64,000 nt of DNA from Candidatus Levyibacteriota bacterium (GTDB lineage Bacteria; Patescibacteriota; Microgenomatia; Levybacterales; UBA12049), in assembly GCA_027334565.1 (NCBI GenBank), contig DAHWUP010000001.1, positions 16,674 through 80,673 of the forward strand, read 5' to 3'. Positions 1 through 9,572 of this stretch are shown here, piece by piece. Position 1 is the first letter of the stretch, and each line of letters begins with the position of its first letter. The position numbers were made by a program, and so were the translations under genes. Under the pieces are notes generated by a model, which saw only the letters and a list, made by a program, of their open reading frames with translations, had not been told where the DNA came from and did not search any database.

Positions 1-1171
1 AATATAAAAGCCTTGTCGGTTGCGCGGTGGAGATAAACGGTAAGTTAAAAAGAAAAGGAATTTTCGCAAAAATTGTCGGAAAGGAAAAGATAAGCGAGAT
101 AAAAAATAAGCAGCCGAAAAATAAAGTTTTTCTGTCCCTACGGAAAAAAAGACCGAAAATGGCAAAAATTAAAGGTATTATTCCGACATAACCGATGAAT
201 TCGCCGTAATTCCAAACGCCATAATAATTAAGAGTTGCCGGGTTCCCGAAAAAATCGGGCACCAAAAACTGGATAAGATTCTGCCAGGGAATAAACCATC
301 CCGGATTGCTGCTCCAGCCGGGAAGATCAAGACTGCGGGCCGAAAGCTGAATGAACCTGAAACCGGGTATAAGCTGCGGTAAACTTAAAATCATAAAAAT
401 TACAAAAAGTGCTATAAAAAGACCAAGCGTTCTTAACTTTTTCCCCGTCCTAAACCACCGCGCCAAAAAGTAAACGGCGGCCACTAACCCCAAGTAAAAA
501 AAGGCCTGAAGATATCCGGCAAAAAAAGAGGATACCAAAGAAAACAGGAATACCAGCGACCAGAGGATTTTCGACTGATGATTTTTTGTTCTTGACGATC
601 CCACCAGCTTATCGATCGACAAAAGAATAAGCGGCAACCACAAAGCAGTGTTCAAAATATTGCCCCATTCAAGCCAGGCGACGAAAAAACCGCCGAATGA
701 GAATGATAAAGCTCCCAAAAAACTTGCATATTTGTTTAACTTTAGGTTATCAAGATAATAATAAAGGAAAATTCCCGCAAGAAGCGGTTCAAAAAAAATA
801 AATAGACTCCAAGCGTCGGGAAATGACAAAATAAAAAATAATATGTTAAGAGGATAAAATGCTCCGGACTGGAAATTGGCAAGAAGCGGTGTTCCGGCGA
901 ACGTATAAGGGTTCCAAACCGGCAGCTGTTGGATCTTTTCCATTGAAATTGCCAACTGCTTCCAAGGGATCTGTTGTCTTACCGGATCGGTCACCAAAAA
1001 GTTTTTATACGGAAGTCCGTTGGGGTTAGTTTTTAAATAGGCATCTCTGAAAGGATAATAAAGCCCGACGATGGTGTCCGACGGAATCGGTAAAAGTCCC
1101 CTGATAAAAAGCTGCCAGAAGAAAATAAGAACTATCCCAAAAAACATTAACGGCGGTAAAAATTTTTTCAT
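1..1171 (-). CDS. YfhO-family GT-C-type membrane protein, partial (3' end runs off the window start). Not in the ORF track because it is truncated.
   Basis: Manual translation of the minus strand from the ATG at comp(1169..1171) is open to position 1: MKKFLPPLMFFGIVLIFFWQLFIRG...IPWKQLAISMEKIQQLPVWNPYTFAGTPLLANFQSGAFYPLNILFFIL... Co-linear with the YfhO paralogs at 4651..6984 and 18377..20758 (shared WNPY.F.G...A block, polytopic). Its ATG overlaps the TGA of the upstream gene (ATGA). Confidence 0.7.
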   Translation of the reverse strand, partial: MKKFLPPLMFFGIVLIFFWQLFIRGLLPIPSDTIVGLYYPFRDAYLKTNPNGLPYKNFLVTDPVRQQIPWKQLAISMEKIQQLPVWNPYTFAGTPLLANFQSGAFYPLNILFFILSFPDAWSLFIFFEPLLAGIFLYYYLDNLKLNKYASFLGALSFSFGGFFVAWLEWGNILNTALWLPLILLSIDKLVGSSRTKNHQSKILWSLVFLFSLVSSFFAGYLQAFFYLGLVAAVYFLARWFRTGKKLRTLGLFIALFVIFMILSLPQLIPGFRFIQLSARSLDLPGWSSNPGWFIPWQNLIQFLVPDFFGNPATLNYYGVWNYGEFIGYVGIIPLIFAIFGLFFRRDRKTLFFGCLFFISLIFSFPTIFAKIPFLFNLPFISTAQPTRLLY

Positions 1172-2262
1172 GCCAAAATCAAATTATCGACCCCTTTATG
1201 AAAGTTGTCTATAGTGAATTTTTTAGCTGATATCAAAGTCTTCCCGGATAAGGATTCCAATAATTTTTCGTTTTTTATTAACTTTAACGTTTCAGCCTTA
1301 AGTTCGTCGGTCGAATTCCATAAAAATCCGTTTACGCCGTCTTCAACTATTTCCCTTTGTCCTCCGGCATTGATAACCACCGGAACCGCTCCCGCATACA
1401 TCGCCTCAACGGTTGAGATCCCAAAATGTTCGGCATATTCGGGATGTTTTTGTAAATCTTCACCAAATCCCGAAGCATGCCAATAGATTTTCGCTCTGGA
1501 ATAGATGTCCCAAAGCTCATCGTTGGTCTTGTTCACCAAAAATTCCACGGGATATCCTTCGGCCCGCTTTTTTAAGCTTAACAGTAAATCTTGCTCTTTT
1601 AGGTTTACACTGACTGCCAGCACTAGCCTCCATTCCCTTAACCCTTTGTTGACCATTTGAATAAAAGTATCAAGCAATATTCCCTGCTTTTTATAATCGC
1701 CCACCGCTCTGTTTCTACCGTCGGTATTTGTGGTAACGTCTCTTACCCTAAGCCTTCCGACATTTAAGATGATATTTTCCTTATCGACCCTTTTTGATTT
1801 ATCGTTAACCGGAGGATACAAAACATAACTGTTTATACCAAACTCCTTATCGACAAAAGATTTTGTATACTTTGAGTTACAAAAGAATGTATTGATTTTT
1901 AGCTTCTTCAGGAAATTACTTACCGTCGGTTTAAGGTTTGGGAACGGCTGCTGAAAGTGAACCAGGGTTTTTTTAGAAAGCAAAAAGGGCAGGCTTCCGT
2001 CGCTTAGAATTATTATCAGGTCGTATTTGCGTGATCGATTTAACCTTTTGGTAAATGGCGTTTCGGCGGTAAAAATGTTTCCGACCAGCTTAACCTTATC
2101 AAGTTTTAAAGGGAAACGTTCTTCAAGCATTTTAAGGTCCTTTTCGTTTCCCCAAAACACATCAACCGAGTGTTTTTGCGACAGATATTCGGCGATGGTC
2201 ATCATGTACTTTTCTCCGCCGCCTAAATCGTCAAGATACGGGTCGAATATTCCAATCTTCAT
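1168..2262 (-). CDS. GT4-family (GT-B) glycosyltransferase
   Basis: C-terminal EX7E-type motif region EHFGISTVEAMYAGAVPVVINAGGQREIVEDGVNGFLW, typical of GT1/GT4 retaining glycosyltransferases. 364 aa, no TM segments. Confidence 0.8.
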   Translation of the reverse strand: MKIGIFDPYLDDLGGGEKYMMTIAEYLSQKHSVDVFWGNEKDLKMLEERFPLKLDKVKLVGNIFTAETPFTKRLNRSRKYDLIIILSDGSLPFLLSKKTLVHFQQPFPNLKPTVSNFLKKLKINTFFCNSKYTKSFVDKEFGINSYVLYPPVNDKSKRVDKENIILNVGRLRVRDVTTNTDGRNRAVGDYKKQGILLDTFIQMVNKGLREWRLVLAVSVNLKEQDLLLSLKKRAEGYPVEFLVNKTNDELWDIYSRAKIYWHASGFGEDLQKHPEYAEHFGISTVEAMYAGAVPVVINAGGQREIVEDGVNGFLWNSTDELKAETLKLIKNEKLLESLSGKTLISAKKFTIDNFHKGVDNLILA

Positions 2263-2274
2263 ATCTTATGCCTA

Positions 2275-4353
2275 TTATAAAGACAAATGCACATTATTGC
2301 CATTCTTTACTGGTTTATCCAACACTATCCTTAGAGTTCGTCCTTTTTGGTCGGTAATTACAATAGTTCCGCCGCTTTGACCCGATAGAACATCGTCATA
2401 CTCTTTCTCCAAACCGCTTATACCATGGTAATTGGCCGGAGAATAAAGTCTTGTACAGCATTCATAATAGCCGGTATTTTTTACCGATTGGAAAGAAACC
2501 GTCCCGTAATACAGACGCGTCTGATGGCTTGAAACCAAAAGACCTTTGAAAGCTTCAAGTTTATCAAGCTCCTGCGCGGACAAAGGGTAATTGGTGGTAA
2601 AAAGGTTAATATAGGTATTCGGGATGACATTCTCCGAATATGTATCGCGAAGACGAACCCCGTCAACTCCGGAAAGCTGTTTTAAATAGCTTAACATGTT
2701 CTGTTCGTCTAACGGATCCATCTTTGCGGGATTTATCGAAATCAGATAACCGTTTCCGTCCTGCGCCAAAGCTTGATTGCCGTTAAACAAGCCGCCTCTT
2801 TTCCCAAATTCTACCATCGTCTTAACGCTGTCACCGGGTCCGAAGCCATTGAGTAAAATCCCCCAATTCCATTCTATTTTCCATTGCGAATCATTCCGGA
2901 TAAGCGTTAAAAACTTCTCCTGCGAAAATTTTCCCAGATTCCAGGTATCATAGGTCACCAAAATTTTTGCACTGCCGATTTTGGAAAAAAGCGGAACATT
3001 TTCGTTTAGTTCTTTTACCTCGATATTCTCGATTTGTGCTCCAAGCATCGCTCTTTTGGAAAGTTCAAAAAAACCTTCCCTGGTAAAACCCGAAGGCTTA
3101 TTGGCGATATCCTCCTGATATATATCCTGAAAGTACTGATTGGAAAGATTGTAATAAAAATCGTTCAATGTTTGCCGGGGATTGGGGATAAGATAAACCC
3201 AGCAATTTAATAATCCTATTATCGGAATTAGTATTAAAAGTATTGCTTGCAATTTTCCTTTGATTAAATTCTTTATGAAATACGCGGATAACAGATAGGT
3301 AAAAGGGAGAACCAATAAAAGGTATCTTGGATATGAGGGGATTAAAGAAAAAACGATCACGGAAATCATTGTCAATATACCGATATATTTAATAAATTTA
3401 TCCTTGGTACCTTTTAATAACCATTTGACCGTCAAAAAAAGCGAAATGATGAACGATAAAGGCCAAAACAGCGTCCATTCGTATACCCTGTCAATACCCG
3501 CACCCGCGATAGACGGAAAATTGCCCAAAAAAAGACTATCCAAAAATGCTCCGTAATGGGTGGTAAGCTGCGACTTTAAGTAAAAACTAACGATGTATTT
3601 ATTAAGTCTTAAGAAATCGATCAACGAATGTCCCAACGCAAAATATCTTAAATATGGCAGGATGATACCCGTACCGAAAGCGCATAAAAACCAAAAATAT
3701 TCTTTGACCAATTTATTTTTTATAAACCAGTATGTTTCAAAAATAAAAATGATCGGCAAAAGGATCGGAAATTTACTTTGAGTAAAAAATCCCAAGGCCA
3801 GACCCGAAACCATTGACCATAAAGTTCTCCGACTGTTGTTGGTTATAAGGTAAAATGCCGAAAGATTCAGAAGCAGAAAAAAAAGCTGGGTGATATCCAA
3901 CCACGATTTGAAAAATTGAGAAAAAAACATCGGATCTTCGAATAACACCAGCGAGGTGAACAAAGCAAAAAATTTGTCCTTTAAGAAATTTTTTGCGAGA
4001 AAAAAATAAACAATGATGCAGGCAAACCCTACAACAAGCGAGTAAAAAATAGGATTATCAAACAGTACTATCGAAAGACCGATCAGATATTTGGCTAAGG
4101 GCGGGGCTTCGGGATTAACAAGCGACGGATCTTTGCCATTGATAAGTCCCAAGCCCACATAAGCGTACAAACCGTCATCGCCGATGATTCTTTGGGACAT
4201 CGGCATTTCCCATTGCGAATGCTCAAATCTGTCCTTCCAGTAACCGATGTCATAACTATTGAATACCGCACCCCGGTTAAAGTAAAACATTAAAAAAGTT
4301 TGGAAGATAAGCAGCGCGGCAAAGAAAAAATAAAGGACCTTGTTGTGCCTCAC
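2275..4353 (-). CDS. GT39/PMT-ArnT-like GT-C membrane glycosyltransferase fused to a C-terminal PBP-dimerisation/MecA_N-like domain
   Basis: N-terminal polytopic domain with the first-loop motif IIGDDGLYAYVGLGLINGKDPSLVNPEAPPLAKY (DD/DE...Y...HPPLxK signature of PMT/ArnT GT-C enzymes). About 300 aa of soluble C-terminus ending ...YHGISGLEKEYDDVLSGQSGGTIVITDQKGRTLRIV, matching the GxSGLEKxYDxxLxGxxG signature of PBP2/PBP2a dimerisation domains. Confidence 0.7.
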   Translation of the reverse strand: MRHNKVLYFFFAALLIFQTFLMFYFNRGAVFNSYDIGYWKDRFEHSQWEMPMSQRIIGDDGLYAYVGLGLINGKDPSLVNPEAPPLAKYLIGLSIVLFDNPIFYSLVVGFACIIVYFFLAKNFLKDKFFALFTSLVLFEDPMFFSQFFKSWLDITQLFFLLLNLSAFYLITNNSRRTLWSMVSGLALGFFTQSKFPILLPIIFIFETYWFIKNKLVKEYFWFLCAFGTGIILPYLRYFALGHSLIDFLRLNKYIVSFYLKSQLTTHYGAFLDSLFLGNFPSIAGAGIDRVYEWTLFWPLSFIISLFLTVKWLLKGTKDKFIKYIGILTMISVIVFSLIPSYPRYLLLVLPFTYLLSAYFIKNLIKGKLQAILLILIPIIGLLNCWVYLIPNPRQTLNDFYYNLSNQYFQDIYQEDIANKPSGFTREGFFELSKRAMLGAQIENIEVKELNENVPLFSKIGSAKILVTYDTWNLGKFSQEKFLTLIRNDSQWKIEWNWGILLNGFGPGDSVKTMVEFGKRGGLFNGNQALAQDGNGYLISINPAKMDPLDEQNMLSYLKQLSGVDGVRLRDTYSENVIPNTYINLFTTNYPLSAQELDKLEAFKGLLVSSHQTRLYYGTVSFQSVKNTGYYECCTRLYSPANYHGISGLEKEYDDVLSGQSGGTIVITDQKGRTLRIVLDKPVKNGNNVHLSL

Positions 4354-4400
4354 ATCCCTATTCTAACAAGTTTTAAATAAGCTTGCATTGTTAAATAATT

Positions 4401-4667
4401 TTGAATATAATCGAAATGATGATCGGAAACGTCGATATCCAAACATTCGCATTGATTATAATACTCGTCGCCTGGACATTCGCGTGGAAAGGCGTTGCTT
4501 TATGGAGAGCGGCGAAACTCGGTCAAAAAAACTGGTTCATCGCTTTGATTATTTTAAGCATCCTCAACCTGTTGGGTCTGGTAGAAATCATTTATCTTTT
4601 CTTCTTTGCCAAGAAGAAATTAACCATCAAAGAAGTTAAATCCTGGTTTGTTAAACAAACCTCTTGA
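4401..4667 (+). CDS. small two-TM membrane protein (DUF5652-like?), the only plus-strand gene inside the minus-strand glycosylation operon
   Basis: 88-aa ORF with two hydrophobic helices and WRAAKLGQKNWF between them. Fills the 4354..4650 gap. Family name recalled from memory only. Confidence 0.45.
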   Translation: MNIIEMMIGNVDIQTFALIIILVAWTFAWKGVALWRAAKLGQKNWFIALIILSILNLLGLVEIIYLFFFAKKKLTIKEVKSWFVKQTS

Positions 4668-6984
4668 AGTTTAGCCAAATCAGAATTATAAAACCCAGAA
4701 CCGCGGCCCAAAACCCCAGCAAAAAGCTTGAAGGAAAATATACAAACTCTACAAGATGCTTACCTTTAGGGACGCTCACGGCGCGGAAGGAAAAATCGGC
4801 ACGATAAATATCCGTTTTTTTACCGTCGATATACACATTCCACCCCGGATAAAAATTATCCGAAAGAAAAAGAAGCGACCGTCCGTTCGAGTTGGTACGA
4901 ACGGATACTTTATCCGGTGTATAGCCGACAATATTAGCGCTGCCGGTTGAGGTTATTTTTTGATTTAGTTTTTGTTCCAAAACCACTTCCCTGCCCGGGT
5001 TAAAATTTTTATCAAACATCGTCGACAAAATCTTTTGCGGGCCGGTCTGTGTGATATACCTATCCACCAAAAAGACGCGAGGCAAAGCAGCGTTGTTTTG
5101 AAGGATCTGGTATACCCCGTCGTCATATAAAATCGAGAAATCACCGGGCCGATAGGCCCAAAAAGGGAATGTCCAGGAAGCATGATCGTCCGCCAGTTTA
5201 TGAATTACATATTTTACGCCCAAAAGGTCCATTCCAAGCTTAGTAAACTTGCCGTTTTTGGGGAAAGATACCACCGACCGTGCGGACTCCGTCAAAATGC
5301 CGTTTTGAAGCGATGCGATAAACTCCCCGTATCTTTGGTTATAAACAGCATCGTAACCCTCAAGCGAAGGCAAGCGATAATACGTCGTCGCTTCCTGGCC
5401 AAGATTACTGACAAAACGTACATTTGGCGTAAGTTTAGAAGTTACCGATACAACCGGCACCAACGGATAGGCAAATTTTACCGGATCTTTCGGCATCCAT
5501 TTGACCGAAAACCGGTACATGTCGAAAGCGACAATAAGCATTAGCACAAAGGACAGATATTTTATCCATGATAGTTTTTTAAAGCGGAGCAGTACCCCAT
5601 ATACAACAAGATAAGTAAGCAAAACGACAAACAATCCTGTCGGCAGGATCAGATTTTGTCTTGCGACAACAATCTCTTTTAAAGGCATGAAAAGTTTGAA
5701 AATTACCGTTAACCAAAGCATTAAGAAAAACGCCGCGAACGTTAAGATCCAGCCAAATATCAATTTAAGCTTCTTTTCCTTTAAATCCTTTGATAATTTA
5801 TCAAGCCCAAAGCCCGAAAGAACCGCGAAAGAAAAACTGAATAAAACAATTATCCTGCTCGCGGCGCTGGTTGAAAGAACGGGAATTTTTGATAAAACTA
5901 TCAGATTTATAAACGGTGTTTGAAATGCCAAAAGTATCGTGATAAGCGAAGCTACCAGAAAAAATAAAACATATTTGCTTTTTTTGACCAGAGTTAAGGC
6001 ATAAAACCCGAGCATTAAAGGTATCAACCCGAGATACGCGTTCCATTCGGCATAATGCCCGAACCAGTCGTTGCGGGTTACCGGATTGCCGAAAAAATCG
6101 GGTGCCAAAAAAGTCGCGAGGTATCCCCAAGGGATGATTTCCGTTTTCATAAAAATCGTACTGCGCAAAGACTGCATATAGCTTTCAACCGAAGGAAGGA
6201 CCTGCGGCATGGTTAAAAGTAATCCGGCTGCAAAATACGAAAGTATGAAAATCAGTTCTTTGAAATTTTTTGAAATCAGCGATTTAAAAATAAGATAGAA
6301 AAAGACATAAAGCGCAAAATATAAACTTATCTGGAAATGTCCGCTAAAAAAAGACAGGGGAAAAGTCAAAGATAATAATACAAGAAAAATCTTACGTCTG
6401 GTTTCGTAAAATTTTTCAACCGCCAAAAGGGCAAGAGGTAAAAACAATATCGCAAACCCGAGCGTTGCGTAACCCATCCAGGTAGTGATAAATCCGCAGA
6501 ACATGAATGCAAGCGAACCGACCAGGCCTGATATTTTTGATACCTTAAGCGTTCTAACATAAAAATACATGAATATACCCGCAAGAAGAGGCTGTAACAA
6601 AACCAACAGATTCCAGGCTAAGATAAAGGGCAGAATAAAGAACAGTAGATTAAAGGGACTGAGAACTGCCGACTGGTAATTGGCAAGCTGGGCCGTACCC
6701 GAAAAACTGTAAGGGTTCCATAAAGGCAGCTGTAAAGATTTGTAGGTATCAACGGTCAATTCTTTCCAAGGATAGATCTGGCTTAAGATATCGGGCATCG
6801 CCGCGTTTTTGACCGGCCCCGCAAAACCTGGATATGCATTCCAGGGAGAGAAAAAATTAACCAGATAATTGGTCGGAAGAACAGTTACATGCTCAAATAG
6901 ATACGGGAAAGCAAAAATAAACCAGAAAATCAGAATAAAGATAACCGGCCAAAAATTTAAAATTATTTTATTGATTCTTCCCAT
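4651..6984 (-). CDS. YfhO-family GT-C membrane protein
   Basis: 777 aa, polytopic. C-terminal YFPGW.VYIDGKKT...G.H.VEFVY module characteristic of YfhO. Paralogous to 18377..20758 and 1..1171. Confidence 0.8.
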   Translation of the reverse strand: MGRINKIILNFWPVIFILIFWFIFAFPYLFEHVTVLPTNYLVNFFSPWNAYPGFAGPVKNAAMPDILSQIYPWKELTVDTYKSLQLPLWNPYSFSGTAQLANYQSAVLSPFNLLFFILPFILAWNLLVLLQPLLAGIFMYFYVRTLKVSKISGLVGSLAFMFCGFITTWMGYATLGFAILFLPLALLAVEKFYETRRKIFLVLLSLTFPLSFFSGHFQISLYFALYVFFYLIFKSLISKNFKELIFILSYFAAGLLLTMPQVLPSVESYMQSLRSTIFMKTEIIPWGYLATFLAPDFFGNPVTRNDWFGHYAEWNAYLGLIPLMLGFYALTLVKKSKYVLFFLVASLITILLAFQTPFINLIVLSKIPVLSTSAASRIIVLFSFSFAVLSGFGLDKLSKDLKEKKLKLIFGWILTFAAFFLMLWLTVIFKLFMPLKEIVVARQNLILPTGLFVVLLTYLVVYGVLLRFKKLSWIKYLSFVLMLIVAFDMYRFSVKWMPKDPVKFAYPLVPVVSVTSKLTPNVRFVSNLGQEATTYYRLPSLEGYDAVYNQRYGEFIASLQNGILTESARSVVSFPKNGKFTKLGMDLLGVKYVIHKLADDHASWTFPFWAYRPGDFSILYDDGVYQILQNNAALPRVFLVDRYITQTGPQKILSTMFDKNFNPGREVVLEQKLNQKITSTGSANIVGYTPDKVSVRTNSNGRSLLFLSDNFYPGWNVYIDGKKTDIYRADFSFRAVSVPKGKHLVEFVYFPSSFLLGFWAAVLGFIILIWLNFKRFV

Positions 6985-7735
6985 GTTTTACTTTAAAACT
7001 TTTTTGCAGCTCCCAAAGCTTGGCATATGTTATAAACATGCTGAATGCTTGATAAACACTTTCAACCAGTCCCGCCGTACCGGCCCTAAATCCCCGTTGT
7101 TTAACATAGGAGTTTAAAAATGCCGTAACCATTACCCGTGGAAACCTCCACCAGGTCATCCGAGGGTGATTGGCGTTGAAGCGTAAAACCGCTTCCTTGT
7201 CCGACCAGTCGATGGTCTTATTTAGCATACTCTCAAGATCCCTGTGGGTAAAATGAAGTAAAAATCCGTTTAGCTCGCCTGTTTTCCCGTTTATATCGGG
7301 ACTTTCATGAAGCTTTCCCTTCCAGCCCTGCAATTTTTCCCTTACGAACAGCCGTTCAAGTTTTTCGATATAAGGCCATTCGTGGTTTTTGAAGTAGAAG
7401 TTTTTTCTTTTAAGTTTATAAGCGGCATAACTTATTTCACCGGCCAAAACTTTAATGATGTTTTTCTTTAATGTCTCGTCGACCCTTTCATCGGTATCAA
7501 CATATAGAATATAATCCGAAGTCGCTTTTGATAGTCCCAGATTGCGTATTTGTGAAAAGTCGGCGGAATCTATTTCAAAAACTTTGGCGTTAAACGAAAA
7601 AGCGATGTCCCTTGTCCTGTCTTTGGAATTATTATCGATCACGATGATCTCATCACAAAAAGAGATACTTCTTAAAGCATCCGGAATCATTCTCTCGTCG
7701 TTTTTGGCTATGATCACTCCGCTTACGGTTTTCAT
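6968..7735 (-). CDS. GT2-family glycosyltransferase
   Basis: N-terminal SGVIIAKNDERMIPDALRSISFCDEIIVIDNNSKDRT plus DTDERV (DxD) motif. Soluble, 255 aa. Confidence 0.8.
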   Translation of the reverse strand: MKTVSGVIIAKNDERMIPDALRSISFCDEIIVIDNNSKDRTRDIAFSFNAKVFEIDSADFSQIRNLGLSKATSDYILYVDTDERVDETLKKNIIKVLAGEISYAAYKLKRKNFYFKNHEWPYIEKLERLFVREKLQGWKGKLHESPDINGKTGELNGFLLHFTHRDLESMLNKTIDWSDKEAVLRFNANHPRMTWWRFPRVMVTAFLNSYVKQRGFRAGTAGLVESVYQAFSMFITYAKLWELQKSFKVKHGKNQ

Positions 7736-8659
7736 TTAAAAACTCCCTTTACCAAACTTGCGTAAATAAAAGTCCAATGCGCCTTTTCTTTGCGCTTTAC
7801 GACCATTCAAAATAAAACGTATGCTCTCCCTAATAAGCGCTAATTTTGTTCTAAGCGGGGCATACATAAAACCGAACAACAGCCTGTTCCTGGTGATGTA
7901 ATAATCCTGAAGTGTCGAGCCGGAGCCTCCGGCCGATCCGGCGTTAAGATGCCACATCAGCGCCTTTGGCTCAAAATAGATCTCCAAACCTTTACGCTTT
8001 GCCCGCTGCGAAAGATCGTTATCCTCGTAATACAAAAAATATCTGTCGTCAAATAACCCAACTTTAGTAAACACCTCTTTCTTAATAAGCATGCAGCACC
8101 CGCTGGCAAAAGAAGTTCTTACCTCTTTGCCAAATTGCCCCTTATCCACCTCGTCCACTCCCCTGTGATATGCGATCATGTTTCTCCAGTCAACCTGCCC
8201 GCCGGCGAACCAGATGACTTTTCCAAGCTCATGTTCTTTGTATCTATCCTTATGAAATTCGTACCCTTTGGCAAAATAGATCTTCGGGGAAACGATTCCG
8301 CAATCATCATGCTTTTGGAAGGTCTGTAAAAGCCGGGCGATCAGATTTTCGTCCAAAGTTACATCATTGTTCAAAACCAGGACATAATCCGCGTCATTTT
8401 TAAGAGCTGTCTTAATGCCTAAATTCTGCCCTCCGGAAAATCCCAGGTTCTCTTCACTGCGTACAATCTGCAATTTGAAATTTCGGTATTGTCTGTCTGT
8501 TTCGAATTTTTCTTTTGAAGCATTATCAACTACCACCACGTGTAACTCAAAATCCTTGACGACTAGTTTATCCAGCGAATCAAGACAGGATAACGTGTCG
8601 TTTTTACCGTTGAAATCGATCATCGATACAAATACTTTTAGCATAAGATCATAATCCAC
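7736..8659 (-). CDS. GT2-family glycosyltransferase (rhamnosyl/WcaA-like)
   Basis: VVVVDNASKE...VLNNDVTLDE motifs, 307 aa. Confidence 0.8.
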   Translation of the reverse strand: MDYDLMLKVFVSMIDFNGKNDTLSCLDSLDKLVVKDFELHVVVVDNASKEKFETDRQYRNFKLQIVRSEENLGFSGGQNLGIKTALKNDADYVLVLNNDVTLDENLIARLLQTFQKHDDCGIVSPKIYFAKGYEFHKDRYKEHELGKVIWFAGGQVDWRNMIAYHRGVDEVDKGQFGKEVRTSFASGCCMLIKKEVFTKVGLFDDRYFLYYEDNDLSQRAKRKGLEIYFEPKALMWHLNAGSAGGSGSTLQDYYITRNRLLFGFMYAPLRTKLALIRESIRFILNGRKAQRKGALDFYLRKFGKGSF

Positions 8660-9572
8660 GGAGTTTAACGGAAATTTTGCGCAGGTTTCGCCTTAGCGGA
8701 TTTTTTATCGACTCCAGTTTTTCTTTACCGAACCAAAACGCAACTTCCTTTCCGGCTTTTTGAAACTCTCCCTCGGTATCTTTTAAGAAATCCTCTTTAT
8801 CGTATTCTTTAAAACCTTGTCTCTCCCAGATGAAAACGAATACCAGAAAATGGTAAAAACTTTGCATCATGGATAGTATGAGTCCGTGAAAACCGTCTTT
8901 GTAGCCTTTTCTGGCAAAAAACCAGCTTAAAAAATCGGCCAGGGGAAAACGGATGACGTCGAAATAAGAGAATTGGTAGCCGTCCGAAAGTAATCCTTCC
9001 GCTTCGTTGGGCGCATAGATCAGAATTTTTTTAATGTATTGTTCCACCGAATCGTAGTTATGATGGATCAGGTGCTCTTTAAGCTTTTCTGTTTCTCCCA
9101 AGATAACAAGATCCTGATGAACTTTTTTACTCTCATACTTTCCTTTACCCTTTCGGAAAAGTCTCAGCTGATAATCCGGATACCAGCCGGTGTTGTGTTC
9201 TATCCATTTACCGAAAATATAATTTTTTCTCGGGAGCCAAAAGCCGTTGATAGCCGATAGCGCCGAAGGTTTGGCCGAAAGCACTTTTTTTATTTCTCCC
9301 GCGAGCTCTTTGGAAACTTCCTCATCAGCATCAACGCTTAAGATCCAATCACCGGTTGCCTTTTCGAAACCGAAATTTTTTTGCCTGTCAATTTCTTTGG
9401 GATTGTTTTTCTGCGTATAAATATTATCCGTATACTTTGATGCGATGGAGACGGTTTTATCGGTCGAAGAATTGTCGACCACTACAACTTCGTCCGCAAA
9501 AGCAAGTGACTTAAGGCATCTTTCGATGTTTCTCTCTTCGTTGAAAGCGGAAATTACGGCAGAAATTTTCAT
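8649..9572 (-). CDS. GT2-family glycosyltransferase
   Basis: ISAVISAFNEERNIERCLKSLAFADEVVVVDNSSTD...DADEEV. 307 aa. Confidence 0.8.
   Translation of the reverse strand: MKISAVISAFNEERNIERCLKSLAFADEVVVVDNSSTDKTVSIASKYTDNIYTQKNNPKEIDRQKNFGFEKATGDWILSVDADEEVSKELAGEIKKVLSAKPSALSAINGFWLPRKNYIFGKWIEHNTGWYPDYQLRLFRKGKGKYESKKVHQDLVILGETEKLKEHLIHHNYDSVEQYIKKILIYAPNEAEGLLSDGYQFSYFDVIRFPLADFLSWFFARKGYKDGFHGLILSMMQSFYHFLVFVFIWERQGFKEYDKEDFLKDTEGEFQKAGKEVAFWFGKEKLESIKNPLRRNLRKISVKLRGL

Noticed and set aside
4388-4639. alternative 83-aa plus-strand ORF overlapping 4401..4667 in another frame
   Set aside because: It is Arg-rich and non-hydrophobic with no motif. The other frame gives a clean two-TM protein, so only that frame is kept.
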